Numbered from the stretch's first letter, positions 31,388-42,056 are shown. The stretch is 64,000 nucleotides of DNA from Deltaproteobacteria bacterium (GCA_016209105.1 JACQWR010000025.1:41314-105313), one strand, 5' to 3'. Translations and numbers: made by a program. The notes: generated from the sequence alone by a model not told the origin.

Positions 31388-31887
31388 GAAAGGAATCTCT
31401 TTACCGGTTTCACCAGGTAGTGAACGCCGGCGGCCCAGAGGGTATTGGATAGGAACAGAGCGATCACCAATCCCCTGATAAAGGGGGCAGGGAGATGGAC
31501 AAGGTAATAATCGGTAATGATCAGCCAGGGAAGCTGGATGGCGTAGGCCAGCCAGACAGCGGGAACCGTGCGGAAACCCTTCCGGAGAAAGAGGCCGGTG
31601 CAGAAACCAAGCAGGGCGTTGCCGATCAGCAGATAGGGGTTGCCCATCACGTAGGCGCTGAGGAAAGACCCGGCGAATCCTGATGCCAAGCCGCCCCACG
31701 GGCCGTAAACGGCCGCCGCCAGGAAAATACCGGCCTGAAAAAAGTGCAGTTTGAACCCGGAAGCCACGGATACGTTTACGACGCCCAGCAGCTCCGGCAG
31801 AACAATCAGCGCCATGAGCATGCCCGTAGTTTTGTAATTCCACTTTACGTTGAACGACAGTGTATCCGACTGCATCATGGGGATCAT
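31381..31887 (-). CDS. Small multi-TM membrane protein, ECF-transporter S-component-like
   Basis: ATG at 31887 with RBS aaaggagg. About five hydrophobic segments. It is translationally coupled to the DUF1893 gene. Confidence 0.55.
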   Translation of the reverse strand: MIPMMQSDTLSFNVKWNYKTTGMLMALIVLPELLGVVNVSVASGFKLHFFQAGIFLAAAVYGPWGGLASGFAGSFLSAYVMGNPYLLIGNALLGFCTGLFLRKGFRTVPAVWLAYAIQLPWLIITDYYLVHLPAPFIRGLVIALFLSNTLWAAGVHYLVKPVKRFLSC

Positions 31888-31923
31888 GGGTATGCCTCCT
31901 TTGATCGGCAATTGTTTTTTTTC

Positions 31924-31951
31924 AGTATACCATAAATCATCCTTTTTCCAA
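31924..31951 (-). promoter_or_regulatory. Sigma-70-type promoter TTGGAA-16-TATACT
   Basis: The minus strand reads ttggaaaaaggatgatttatggtatact, about 35 nt upstream of the ATG at 31887. Confidence 0.45.
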
Positions 31952-32156
31952 ACGCGTCTTCCCACACCCATCTCGGGAAGAAATCCCGCAAGGATTTCGA
32001 TATGATTATTTTTAAAAATCTTATACAATAATTAACCATGCTCAAGAGGCGAAGGGCGCTCCGGCCGCAAGGCATTCTTTCCGCCGGCAAGGGCCTTTCT
32101 TACCGGTCCGCCAGGTCTATCTTGATCGGCCGGAACCAACGTGAGGAGGTGCGTTT

Positions 32157-33741
<1,585 letters not shown>

Positions 33742-33797
33742 GCCTGTAAAAACGACATTTTCAGCAACCGGTTAATGGAATCGTAAGGACGGTTTCC

Positions 33798-35162
33798 GTG
33801 AACATCCAGATTCTCGTGATTGATGATGATTCGGTAGCGTGCGAGTTTCTCCAGGAGGCGCTGTCGCGGGCGGGGTACAAGGTTGACACCAACACGTCCG
33901 CCGCGGATGCCCTGAATGAGAACCTATCCCGCTATGATCTTCTTATTTCCGATATCCGCATGCCCGGCATTGACGGCCTCGAGTTCCTGCGCCGCGTGCA
34001 GGGAACGTGGCCGGATCTCCCCGTGATCCTGGTGACGGCATATGGTTCCCTGGAAACGACCATGGAGGCGCTCCGTCAGGGGGCATGGGACTATATCAGC
34101 AAGCCCTTCTCCCCCGAGGCCATCCGCCAGATGGTGCAAAAAGTCCTGGAAATGAGCAAGTTGCAGAAACTGCGTGTGCAGGGCAAGCCGCGGGTGCCGG
34201 AGGAGCCGCAGTTCATCGGTTCGTCCGTGGCGATGGTGGAATTCTACAAACAGCTCGTTCGGGTGGCGGACGCATCTGCCAGCGTTCTGATCGAAGGAGA
34301 AAGCGGCACCGGCAAGGAACTCACGGCGCGCACCCTGCACCAGCAGAGCTCGCGCCGGGATCATCCGTTTGTCGTGGTTCACTGCGGCGCCATTCCCGAT
34401 ACCCTCCTTGAATCGGAACTCTTCGGTTACGAAAAAGGGGCCTTTACGGGCGCCAACCACTCGCATCCGGGCCTGCTCGAATCCGCGCAGGGCGGCACGA
34501 TCTTTCTGGATGAGATTACGGAAATGTCGCCCGCTCTCCAGGGGAAGCTCCTGCGCTTCATGCAGAACGGAGAAGTGCGGCGCCTGGGGGGGCACGAAGT
34601 CCGGCATGTGGCCGTCCGCGTTGTCGCCGCGGCCAACCGCAATATTGACGAAGAAACACAGAAGGGAAGATTCCGGTCTGATCTGCTTTATCGTTTCGTG
34701 GTGCGACTGCACGTGCCCCCCTTGCGGGAGCACGCGGAAGACCTTCCGCAACTCATCGAATCCATGTTGAAAAAATGGGGTTATTCCGCGGTGCGCGTTT
34801 CTGCCGAGGCCATGGAACTTCTTCTTGCCTATGATTGGCCGGGAAATGTGCGGGAACTGGAGAATATGCTGCAGCAGACGCTTCTGCTGTCGCCGTTTAT
34901 GGTCGTTCTTCCCGAAAATCTGCCGGAGCGATTCCATCGCCGCCGTGAAGAGAAACGTTCCCCGATGACGTCTGAAGAGGCGGACCGGGAAAATATCTTC
35001 CGGGCGTTGAACACCACCTCCTGGAATCAAAAGCGGGCGGCCCAGTTGCTCGGTATAGATCGCAAAACGCTGCGGATGAAAATTCAGCGCTATGGATTGG
35101 TCAAGGAGGATCTGTTTTCCAACCCCCGTTCTCCCGATACGGCGTCAACCAACGGAAAATAA
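33798..35162 (+). CDS. Sigma-54-dependent response regulator (REC - AAA+ - HTH; NtrC/AtoC family)
   Basis: REC domain (ILVIDDD...DLLISDIRMPGIDG), [33 protein letters not shown], and the HTH AAQLLGIDRKTLRMKIQRYG. Confidence 0.9.
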   Translation: MNIQILVIDDDSVACEFLQEALSRAGYKVDTNTSAADALNENLSRYDLLISDIRMPGIDGLEFLRRVQGTWPDLPVILVTAYGSLETTMEALRQGAWDYISKPFSPEAIRQMVQKVLEMSKLQKLRVQGKPRVPEEPQFIGSSVAMVEFYKQLVRVADASASVLIEGESGTGKELTARTLHQQSSRRDHPFVVVHCGAIPDTLLESELFGYEKGAFTGANHSHPGLLESAQGGTIFLDEITEMSPALQGKLLRFMQNGEVRRLGGHEVRHVAVRVVAAANRNIDEETQKGRFRSDLLYRFVVRLHVPPLREHAEDLPQLIESMLKKWGYSAVRVSAEAMELLLAYDWPGNVRELENMLQQTLLLSPFMVVLPENLPERFHRRREEKRSPMTSEEADRENIFRALNTTSWNQKRAAQLLGIDRKTLRMKIQRYGLVKEDLFSNPRSPDTASTNGK

Positions 35163-36676
35163 AGCGTGATCTCTGCGCCTTCCCCGGGCCTGCTCTTTAT
35201 GCCGATATGACCGCCATGTTCCTTGACGATATCCTGTACAATTGCCAGGCCGAGGCCGCGCAACCCCTCGTCCGTGTGGGTGCTGAAGAACGGTTCGCAT
35301 ACCCTTTCCATAAGTTCGGGCGGAATTCCCGAACCGTTGTCCTCGACGGTAACCGCGATGAGGTGGCGATCAGGCATGGCGCCGGCGGACACGGTAACTT
35401 CCCCCTTGCCGGCCATGGCTTCGAGCGCGTTCTGAATCAGGTTGAACAGGGCCGTTTGGATACGGTAACGATCCACATACAGTGGGGGGATATCCGGTTC
35501 CACATTCACAACCAGCCGGATGCCGTTTCTCTGTAGCAGAGGTTCAACAAGGGGCAGTGTTTCATTCAGAAGGTCGGGGACCGATATCGCTTCAAAATGA
35601 GGTCCGGGAAGTCGCGTGGCACGCCGCACGTTCTGAATGACCGTATTGAGCCGCTGCGTTTGCTGCACGATAAGCTCAAGTTTACGGCTTACATCCTGGG
35701 GAATCCCGTCTGTTTCCAGGATAAGATTTGCCAGTCCCGCTATGGAGTGAAGCGGAGTGCCCAGGTCATGGGCCAGCGTCGCCGTTAAATATCCAAGCGC
35801 CGTAAGCTGCTGGAGCTGGTTTACCTGCTGCTGCAATTGTACGACCTTGTGCGTAGCTTCCTGTACCCGGTCTTCCAACTGACGGGTAAGTTCCCGGTTC
35901 CGACTGAGGAAACGTTCTATTTCGTCAGCCATGAGATTAAAATGATCTGCCAGCTGTCCCCATTCGTCGGACCGATCCAGAGGTATGCGCTTGATCTGTT
36001 GCCCCGTCTGAAATTCATCAATGGTGTCGATGATGATCTCCAGGGGCTGCCCGATAAGCCAGCCGTAACTGAATGCCAGGATCAGGACGATGACCAGCAG
36101 CAGTCCCCCGCTGCTCAAGATGAGCAACTGTTGGGCGCGGGACAGGATTTCCGTACTGGAGCGGGAAAAAAGAATCGTTGCCACTACAACAAACCCCTGT
36201 TTTTCCACCTTTCCTGCGGGGTACAGAAGGCCGATGGCCGATCCTCCGTCGGTCACTAATCTCAAATGCCGGGGTATGGATTTCCCGACGACAGAGCTTA
36301 CCAGAGAGTCCGACCATTCGTAGGGGATGCGCCCGGCCCCGGCAACGTAGTCGACGTCGCCGCGGGAAACGGAAAAAATATCGATTCTGGCTAACCGATT
36401 GTCACTCTGCACATGATCTTTCAGGGTGCTGTCCAGAGCGGATAAACCCTTCAGAGTGGGGAAGTGCTGATAGTAGGTGCTGACGGTTTCCGATACGTCG
36501 TAAAGCTTCTTGAGCTGCTGTTCGAGGAGGATTTCATCAAGTGCCCGTAGCTGGATCCATCCCCAGATGGCCATGGTAACGGCCAGTCCCGCGATGGTGA
36601 CGATCATCAGCCGGGAACGAACGGTCATATTGAAACCCTCGAAAAAGGGTTTCTTTTTATACCGCAATTTCTTCAT
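35090..36676 (-). CDS. Sensor histidine kinase (2 TM periplasmic sensor - HAMP - HisKA - HATPase_c)
   Basis: H-box LTATLAHDLGTPLHSI, N-box NLIQNALEAM, and the G-boxes VEDNGSGIP and GLGLAIV. Start chosen at MKKLRYKK because the upstream extension runs into repeat B1. The 3' end overlaps the convergent regulator gene by 73 nt. Confidence 0.85.
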   Translation of the reverse strand: MKKLRYKKKPFFEGFNMTVRSRLMIVTIAGLAVTMAIWGWIQLRALDEILLEQQLKKLYDVSETVSTYYQHFPTLKGLSALDSTLKDHVQSDNRLARIDIFSVSRGDVDYVAGAGRIPYEWSDSLVSSVVGKSIPRHLRLVTDGGSAIGLLYPAGKVEKQGFVVVATILFSRSSTEILSRAQQLLILSSGGLLLVIVLILAFSYGWLIGQPLEIIIDTIDEFQTGQQIKRIPLDRSDEWGQLADHFNLMADEIERFLSRNRELTRQLEDRVQEATHKVVQLQQQVNQLQQLTALGYLTATLAHDLGTPLHSIAGLANLILETDGIPQDVSRKLELIVQQTQRLNTVIQNVRRATRLPGPHFEAISVPDLLNETLPLVEPLLQRNGIRLVVNVEPDIPPLYVDRYRIQTALFNLIQNALEAMAGKGEVTVSAGAMPDRHLIAVTVEDNGSGIPPELMERVCEPFFSTHTDEGLRGLGLAIVQDIVKEHGGHIGIKSRPGEGAEITLYFPLVDAVSGERGLENRSSLTNP

Positions 36677-36707
36677 AAGAATTCGTGGAAGGCTTAAGTA
36701 AGGAACG

Positions 36708-36830
36708 AATGCGGCACGCTCTCCCCGCTGCGTGCTGCAGGAAACGCGAGCGAATGTTAAAGATACCGTTCCTTGAGAATCAACGATTTTCCGCAAGGTA
36801 CTGCGGAGGGATTCCATTTATTGAAATGGC
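36708..36830 (+). repeat. Intergenic repeat, family B, copy B1
   Basis: gcgagcgaatgttaaagataccgttccttgagaatcaacgattttccgcaagg...ttattgaaatgg aligns with 41962-42042. Confidence 0.6.
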
Positions 36831-36879
36831 ACGGACTTCCCCGCGCCCGGAAAAAGGCGTGCGAACATTGCCATGACCT

Positions 36880-37281
36880 CTATCTGGCGATTGGTGCGGT
36901 TTTCGTGGTATCTTTTGCCGGCTTCGCATTTATCGTTGTTTTGGGGGTGGTTTTTTTGATGGCGGTTTTGGCAACCCTCGTGGCGATGTTCTTGCCTTCT
37001 TTTGCTACGTAGCTTACCAGCACTTTGTCTCCCACGATGATTTTTACAATCGGTTTGTCAAGAACAAATTCCATGCTCTCCATTTTGTCCTTTACGGTGC
37101 GCTCTATCTTAAGCGTGACATCGGTAATTTCCGTTACCGTTCCCGCCGCCTTCATTCTGGTTATTCTGGTATCGGCTGCCGGGACCGGCTTGCCCGCCTT
37201 CATATCAGCACCGTTGACTGCGAAAGCCTCTATTCCGAAAAATAATAGCAAACATGCAAGAAAAATCGCAGTCCTTTTCAT
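36880..37281 (-). CDS. Small secreted hypothetical protein
   Basis: RBS ggaggggg. Signal peptide MKRTAIFLACLLLFFGIEAFA. 133 aa with a Lys/Thr-rich tail. Confidence 0.65.
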   Translation of the reverse strand: MKRTAIFLACLLLFFGIEAFAVNGADMKAGKPVPAADTRITRMKAAGTVTEITDVTLKIERTVKDKMESMEFVLDKPIVKIIVGDKVLVSYVAKEGKNIATRVAKTAIKKTTPKTTINAKPAKDTTKTAPIAR

Positions 37282-37340
37282 GTTGACAACCCCCTCCCCT
37301 TAAACATCATTTCATTTTTCAATAGCAATATACATGAATT

Positions 37341-37355
37341 GCACTATCCATACCA
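37341..37355 (-). promoter_or_regulatory. Sigma-54-like promoter TGGTATggataGTGC
   Basis: GG-N10-GC spacing is correct. It shares TGGTATGGATA with the site at 37889-37903 and lies about 60 nt upstream of the ATG at 37281. Confidence 0.45.
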
Positions 37356-37551
37356 CTAAAAAAGCGCGTTTAGCACTCAGAATTGGGAAACAGGAAAATT
37401 TGCTAACTTACAGCCGTCCGTTATCCATCCGTGCGGGAAAAGCGAGGTTAAGGGACGCAACGAAAACAAGAACACCGTACCGAGAGACCTCGCCCATTAA
37501 AGTTTCATAACTGATCCGGCTCTCCAAGCGTCGGGAGGGATGCCGACAACG

Positions 37552-37586
37552 AAAAAAAACGGGGCACGAAGATAGCTCCGTGCCCC
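37552..37586 (-). terminator. Rho-independent terminator
   Basis: The minus strand reads ggggcacgg-agctatctt-cgtgcccc followed by an 8-nt T tract, 30 nt after the stop of the 37616-37846 gene. Confidence 0.75.
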
Positions 37587-37615
37587 TGAATTTGTTCCTT
37601 GAGATGCTGCAACAC

Positions 37616-37846
37616 TTATTTCGCGGGCGCGTCAGCAGGCTTCTCTTCGGCTTTCTTTGCTTTCTTGTCAGTCTTCGCTTTCTTGTCAGCCTTGGCTTTC
37701 TTCTCTGCCTTGGCAGGGGCTTTCTTGTCTTTCGCATCGGCAGCAGCCGGTTCGGCCTTTGCATCCGCCGCAGGTTTATCAGCCGCGAAAGCTGATGCAC
37801 AGAACAGGAACGCCAAGCTTACAACAAATACCATTAAACGCTTCAT
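37616..37846 (-). CDS. Small secreted Lys/Ala-rich low-complexity protein
   Basis: RBS aaggagg. Signal peptide MKRLMVFVVSLAFLFCASAFA followed by ADKPAADAKAEPAAADAKDKKAPAKAEKKAKADKKAK.... Confidence 0.7.
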   Translation of the reverse strand: MKRLMVFVVSLAFLFCASAFAADKPAADAKAEPAAADAKDKKAPAKAEKKAKADKKAKTDKKAKKAEEKPADAPAK

Positions 37847-37888
37847 CTTGATATACCTCCTTTTTGGGTTATTGTTGCATGTACAGAG

Positions 37889-37903
37889 GCAATATCCATA
37901 CCA
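37889..37903 (-). promoter_or_regulatory. Sigma-54-like promoter TGGTATggataTTGC
   Basis: GG-N10-GC with a TTGC -12 box, about 45 nt upstream of the ATG at 37846. Confidence 0.5.
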
Positions 37904-38006
37904 GGAAAGAAATGTTTATGGCAAACTTATTAACACATTGAAAACGCAGAGCAATAAATATTTTCGTACGGCAGGGGAGAAAGGATATATCCGGCTTAGT
38001 GAAGCA

Positions 38007-39038
38007 TTATGCCCCACCTGTGGGGAATTTTTCCCCACAGGCGCATCCCTTCGCTTGACCGAATTCAAGGGTAGTTTCTGAGTTCTTGCGGTCAGAATGT
38101 CCCCGGAGGGACTCTGCGATAACAAAAAGCGCATGGGGGATAATTTCGGCGCGAAGTGGCAGATAACCGGGCAGTTCCCCGTCCACTTCGAGGAGAACAG
38201 GTTTTACGGAAGAGGCCTCCACGTGTCTGCACTTCATTATGGACACCTGCTTGATGGTTCCAATATTTCCGTTATAGAGCTTGGGAACGTGAAATAAGGC
38301 CTCGACAATACGGAGATTTCTGATTACCGTGACATGCAGCAGGCCGTCGTCAATGACTGCATCCGGCGCCATGCATATGCCGCCGCCGTGATAGCGGCCG
38401 TTGGCTATGGCTATGTTCCATATATCCATCTCCTGTTCATTCCCCTCGTCTACTCGGAGGCGGACGCGCTTTTTGCCATGCCGACAAAGGGAGAGAACCG
38501 CCGACCAGAGGAATAATCCCCGCACCCCCAGCATTTTGGGGCTTCTGTTGACTTGTTTTACCGCTTCACCGCTGATTCCGAAACTAACTATGTTATGGAA
38601 GTGACGGGTGCAGGGACAATTGGTAAAATCCCGAAAGTGGAGACACCCCAGATCAATAAAAAAACCCCTGTCTCCGATGATAAGGTCGAAGAAGTCATCC
38701 AGATGCGTCGGTATACGCACCGTGCGGCAAAAATCGCAGGCCGTCCCGCCGGGCAGGAGGCCTACGCGGGCATCCTTTCGCGACGGGCCATTTTCCTCCA
38801 TGAAGCCGTTGACGACTTCGTTGAAGGTGCCGTCCCCCCCTACACAGATGATAGTCTTGCCGCCTTCCCTCAGATGCTGACGGGTGAGGCGCATGGCGTC
38901 TCCCGGCCCTGAAGTGAAAAACGCCTGAAAGGAATGGAGGCGTTGCGACGCCTTGTCCCTGATAAAAGGCCATTTTTCTCCGGTCGCACCATTCCCGGCT
39001 TGGGGATTTACGATAAAGGCGATTTTTTCCATATCCAC
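38007..39038 (-). CDS. Diacylglycerol kinase-family lipid kinase (YegS/BmrU-like)
   Basis: IAFIVNPQAGNG and ICVGGDGTFNEVVNG are the DAGK catalytic-domain signature. The start is GTG 39038 or ATG 39032. Confidence 0.85.
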   Translation of the reverse strand: MDMEKIAFIVNPQAGNGATGEKWPFIRDKASQRLHSFQAFFTSGPGDAMRLTRQHLREGGKTIICVGGDGTFNEVVNGFMEENGPSRKDARVGLLPGGTACDFCRTVRIPTHLDDFFDLIIGDRGFFIDLGCLHFRDFTNCPCTRHFHNIVSFGISGEAVKQVNRSPKMLGVRGLFLWSAVLSLCRHGKKRVRLRVDEGNEQEMDIWNIAIANGRYHGGGICMAPDAVIDDGLLHVTVIRNLRIVEALFHVPKLYNGNIGTIKQVSIMKCRHVEASSVKPVLLEVDGELPGYLPLRAEIIPHALFVIAESLRGHSDRKNSETTLEFGQAKGCACGEKFPTGGA

Positions 39039-39136
39039 GATGACAGTCCCTTTGCGTAGGCAGTGTACCCGAAAATAATCTCAAATTGTCCTTCAGAATG
39101 CTGCTCTTCCAGTTGTACCAGGTTTCGTCGTCTTTA

Positions 39137-39260
39137 CAGGCTGTTCAAAAATGCTCAGATGCAAGGCCCCCGAAATACTTCGCCGTGAGGCGTACTGATA
39201 CGTACGCCGAATGGCGAAGTATGAGGGAAACGCAGCAGATGGGCATTTTTCAACAGCCTG
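39137..39260 (-). repeat. Stop-codon-abutting inverted-repeat element, family A, copy A2 (reverse orientation)
   Basis: The reverse complement aligns end to end with 30596-30721. It directly abuts the stop codon (39261-39263) of the minus-strand gene upstream of it. Confidence 0.75.
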
Positions 39261-40349
39261 TTACGTAACCTCGCTTCGCAGTGAAGAGACCCTCATACGC
39301 CGGTATGTCCAGCAGACGATGTAGAAAAAAAAGGCGCTCCCGCCGCCCACGCGGATCATTTCCCAGGCAATTTTCTGCACGCGCTTCTGCCGGTACACCT
39401 TTTTGTCTGCCAGATACATGGCGAGGAGGCCTGCGCTCATCATCCGGTGAAATTCCGCCAGGGGGAGACGGGAAAGCTCCCCGTGAGCCCGACGGTAAAA
39501 GTGTACCAATCTTGCCGCCATGACCGCGTCCGCAGGGTAGTAAGAACAAAAATTGAGGTCCCGGCCGGCACGATCCTCCTCCTGGTCGATGAGATAATCG
39601 AGCAGGATATGCAGGCCCTGCATCCAGGGGAAATAGGCATTCTTCAGCCGTTGCACGAGCTCGTCGGTGCATTCCCCGTTCAGGGACTGCGAAACAAGAC
39701 AGAAAATGCCGAGCGTGGAACCGGTGCAGGCGGCAAACTCATACCAACTCATGGGGGGCAGTTTATCTTTGTGGAGGGCAAACCATGCCTCCAGGCGGGG
39801 AACGCGCTCTTCTGCCCGTACGTGCTTGTGCACCTGCAGGTCGCAGTAGTAACCGGACAGTTCGAGAAGGGCCGGCGCGATCCTGCCGTATGTCGGCAGC
39901 CCTTCCAGGATGGACTGACAGGTCTTCACGAGGCTTGTCAGATAGCCTCCGTCGTCTCGTTCCTTCCGCAGACGGTAATACTCGCTGCACGCCGCACCGG
40001 GGGTCAGGGCGTGCGGCATAGACTCATGGAGGGCGCGGAAGTCTTCCGGGTCGAGGGAGGTGCTGCGATCGCAAAGGTTGTCCAGATAATCACTGATGGT
40101 CTGGTAGGCAACGATGAAGCGTATCGCCTCATCGTACCGGTCGCCGGCCAGTAATCCGTAAATGGAACCCCCTTCGCAGTGAAAGGTCTTCGTTTCGATG
40201 CTGGCGAGGGCCTGTTTCCGGAGTTCCGGATCAGGAATTGCCGCTGCCTGTTGTTTCCATTCCGTGAGATACTTGTGTACGCGGGGACGGACCTGAAGAA
40301 AAATTTTTGGGGTCATCGTCCAGAGATGGGTTGGTGCTTTCACACGCAC
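39261..40349 (-). CDS. DUF2600 family protein, tetraprenyl-beta-curcumene synthase (YtpB)-like
   Basis: Blocks AYQTISDYLDNLCDRS, YYCDLQVHKHV, YEFAACTGSTLGIFCLV, GLHILLDYLIDQEED and LNFCSYY match my recollection of Bacillus YtpB-family hallmarks. No alignment was run. Confidence 0.65.
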   Translation of the reverse strand: MRVKAPTHLWTMTPKIFLQVRPRVHKYLTEWKQQAAAIPDPELRKQALASIETKTFHCEGGSIYGLLAGDRYDEAIRFIVAYQTISDYLDNLCDRSTSLDPEDFRALHESMPHALTPGAACSEYYRLRKERDDGGYLTSLVKTCQSILEGLPTYGRIAPALLELSGYYCDLQVHKHVRAEERVPRLEAWFALHKDKLPPMSWYEFAACTGSTLGIFCLVSQSLNGECTDELVQRLKNAYFPWMQGLHILLDYLIDQEEDRAGRDLNFCSYYPADAVMAARLVHFYRRAHGELSRLPLAEFHRMMSAGLLAMYLADKKVYRQKRVQKIAWEMIRVGGGSAFFFYIVCWTYRRMRVSSLRSEVT

Positions 40350-40526
40350 TCCTTGCCGTTTGGCTGTTGAGAAGGCTTTTTCTCAATAGCACAGGGCGCT
40401 TTTTTTAACAAGCGACGGGATGATGCCGCCCTCGGCATTTGCGGCGGCCACGGGAGGCTTGACCGTTTCTTTGTTTTCGTGATACTGCTCGAACGCGGAC
40501 GTAAAGGTTTTCGTCTTTACTCGTAG

Positions 40527-41906
40527 ATGAGAGGCGGGTTTCCCTTGGGCGGTATTTTAAAGCAGGATGATGCCGGCGGGACGGTGATTGTCGTGGGCGG
40601 CGGTGCGGGCGGGATGATGGCCGCGGGCAGGGCAGCTGAAAAAGGCGCCCGCGTCATTCTTCTGGAGAAGACCGAGCGCCCGGGCAAGAAGATCCTCATC
40701 AGCGGCAAGACCCGCTGTAACCTGACCAACGCCAGGGAGCTCAGCGATTTCATCAATATGTACGGCGCCAACGGCCGCTTCCTGTACCGTGCGTTCAGCA
40801 GTTTTTTTCGCGATGATCTTCTCGCGTTCCTGAAACGCTACGGCGTGGAAACGAAAGTCGAGCGGGGAGGGAGGATATTCCCCGCATCGGACAGTGCCGG
40901 GGAGGTGGTGGCGGCTTTCAGGAGTTATCTGGATGCTTGGCGCGTGGAGGTGTTTCTCCGCACCAGGGTTCGGGGAATACGGGTTCGGGATGGGCGGGCA
41001 ATGGGCGTGCAAACAGAAGCAGGATTCCGCCCGGCAGATGCCGTTGTCCTCGCTACGGGAGGCGCCACCTATCCCGGCACCGGTTCCGCCGGTGACGGCT
41101 ACGAGATTGCAAAAAAACTGGGGCATACCATCGTTCCGCTTCGCCCGGCGCTCGTACCCCTGATCGTGGATAACAAGGAAGGGGCACGGGCAATGCAGGG
41201 GGTCAGCCTTCGCAATGTGCGCCTGACCGCTTTTCAGTGTCCTGCCGCCGATATAGATCCGCCATGGGCGCCGTCCGGCGATGCGGGAGAGGGCATCAAG
41301 AGGCGGCGTTCCCGCCCGCCGGTGATTGACAGCCGCACGGGCGAGATGATGTTTACGCACTTCGGTATCGGCGGTCCCCTTACCTTGCTCATGAGCCTCT
41401 CCATTGTGAATGCCCTGGAAAAAGGGCCGGTAAGCGTTTCCATTGATCTGAAGCCGGCGCTCAATAGGGAACAGCTCCACCGCCGTATCCAGCGGGATCT
41501 GGACCGTTTCGGCAAACGAAGTTACCGTCGCATCCTTGCGGAATTGGTGCCGCGCAAAATGATCGGCCCTTTTATTGCGATGACCGGTATTCCGCCGGAA
41601 AAGCCCGCCCACCAGATTAGTGCGTCGGAGCGGGAACGCCTCACAGACCTGCTCAAATCCCTGCGCTTCAATATTGAAGCGCCTCTGCCGCTCGCCCAGG
41701 CGATCGTAACGGCGGGCGGGGTATCCCTGAGGGAAATAGACCCGCGCACCATGGAATCGAGGCTCGTCGCCGGGCTTTTCTTCTGCGGAGAGGTGATGGA
41801 TATAGACGCCGATACGGGGGGCTACAACCTTCAGGCCGCCTTTTCCACCGGCTATGTTGCCGGTGAACAGGCGGCGGCCTCTGCGGCCGCCCATAAGTGT
41901 CCATAG
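40527..41906 (+). CDS. HI0933/YhiN-family NAD(P)/FAD-dependent oxidoreductase
   Basis: VIVVGGGAGGMMAAGRAAEKG...LEKTERPGKKILISGKTRCNLTN N-terminus. C-terminal GLFFCGEVMDIDADTGGYNLQAAFSTG. Confidence 0.85.
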   Translation: MRGGFPLGGILKQDDAGGTVIVVGGGAGGMMAAGRAAEKGARVILLEKTERPGKKILISGKTRCNLTNARELSDFINMYGANGRFLYRAFSSFFRDDLLAFLKRYGVETKVERGGRIFPASDSAGEVVAAFRSYLDAWRVEVFLRTRVRGIRVRDGRAMGVQTEAGFRPADAVVLATGGATYPGTGSAGDGYEIAKKLGHTIVPLRPALVPLIVDNKEGARAMQGVSLRNVRLTAFQCPAADIDPPWAPSGDAGEGIKRRRSRPPVIDSRTGEMMFTHFGIGGPLTLLMSLSIVNALEKGPVSVSIDLKPALNREQLHRRIQRDLDRFGKRSYRRILAELVPRKMIGPFIAMTGIPPEKPAHQISASERERLTDLLKSLRFNIEAPLPLAQAIVTAGGVSLREIDPRTMESRLVAGLFFCGEVMDIDADTGGYNLQAAFSTGYVAGEQAAASAAAHKCP

Positions 41907-41924
41907 GTCCGGCATTTCAATTCG

Positions 41925-42042
41925 GCAGCGAGCGCATTCCCCGCGGCATGCCGCGGGGTAAGTGAGCGAATGTTTAACGATATGATTCCTTGAGAATCGG
42001 AGATTTTTTGCAGCGTGCTTAAGGAACGCTTCAATTGATGCG
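41925..42042 (+). repeat. Intergenic repeat, family B, copy B2
   Basis: The agcgagcgcattccccgcgg module is followed by gagcgaatgtttaacgatatgattccttgagaatcggagattttttgcag...cttcaattg. Confidence 0.6.
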
Positions 42043-42056
42043 AGGTTTACAGAGAG

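Noticed and set aside
30986-31843. A 285-aa ORF spanning both the DUF1893 gene and most of the membrane-protein gene.
   Set aside because: Only the part downstream of ATG 31387 looks like a real protein. The upstream ~150 codons are an Arg/Gly/Pro-rich alternative frame of the hydrophobic S-component-like gene.
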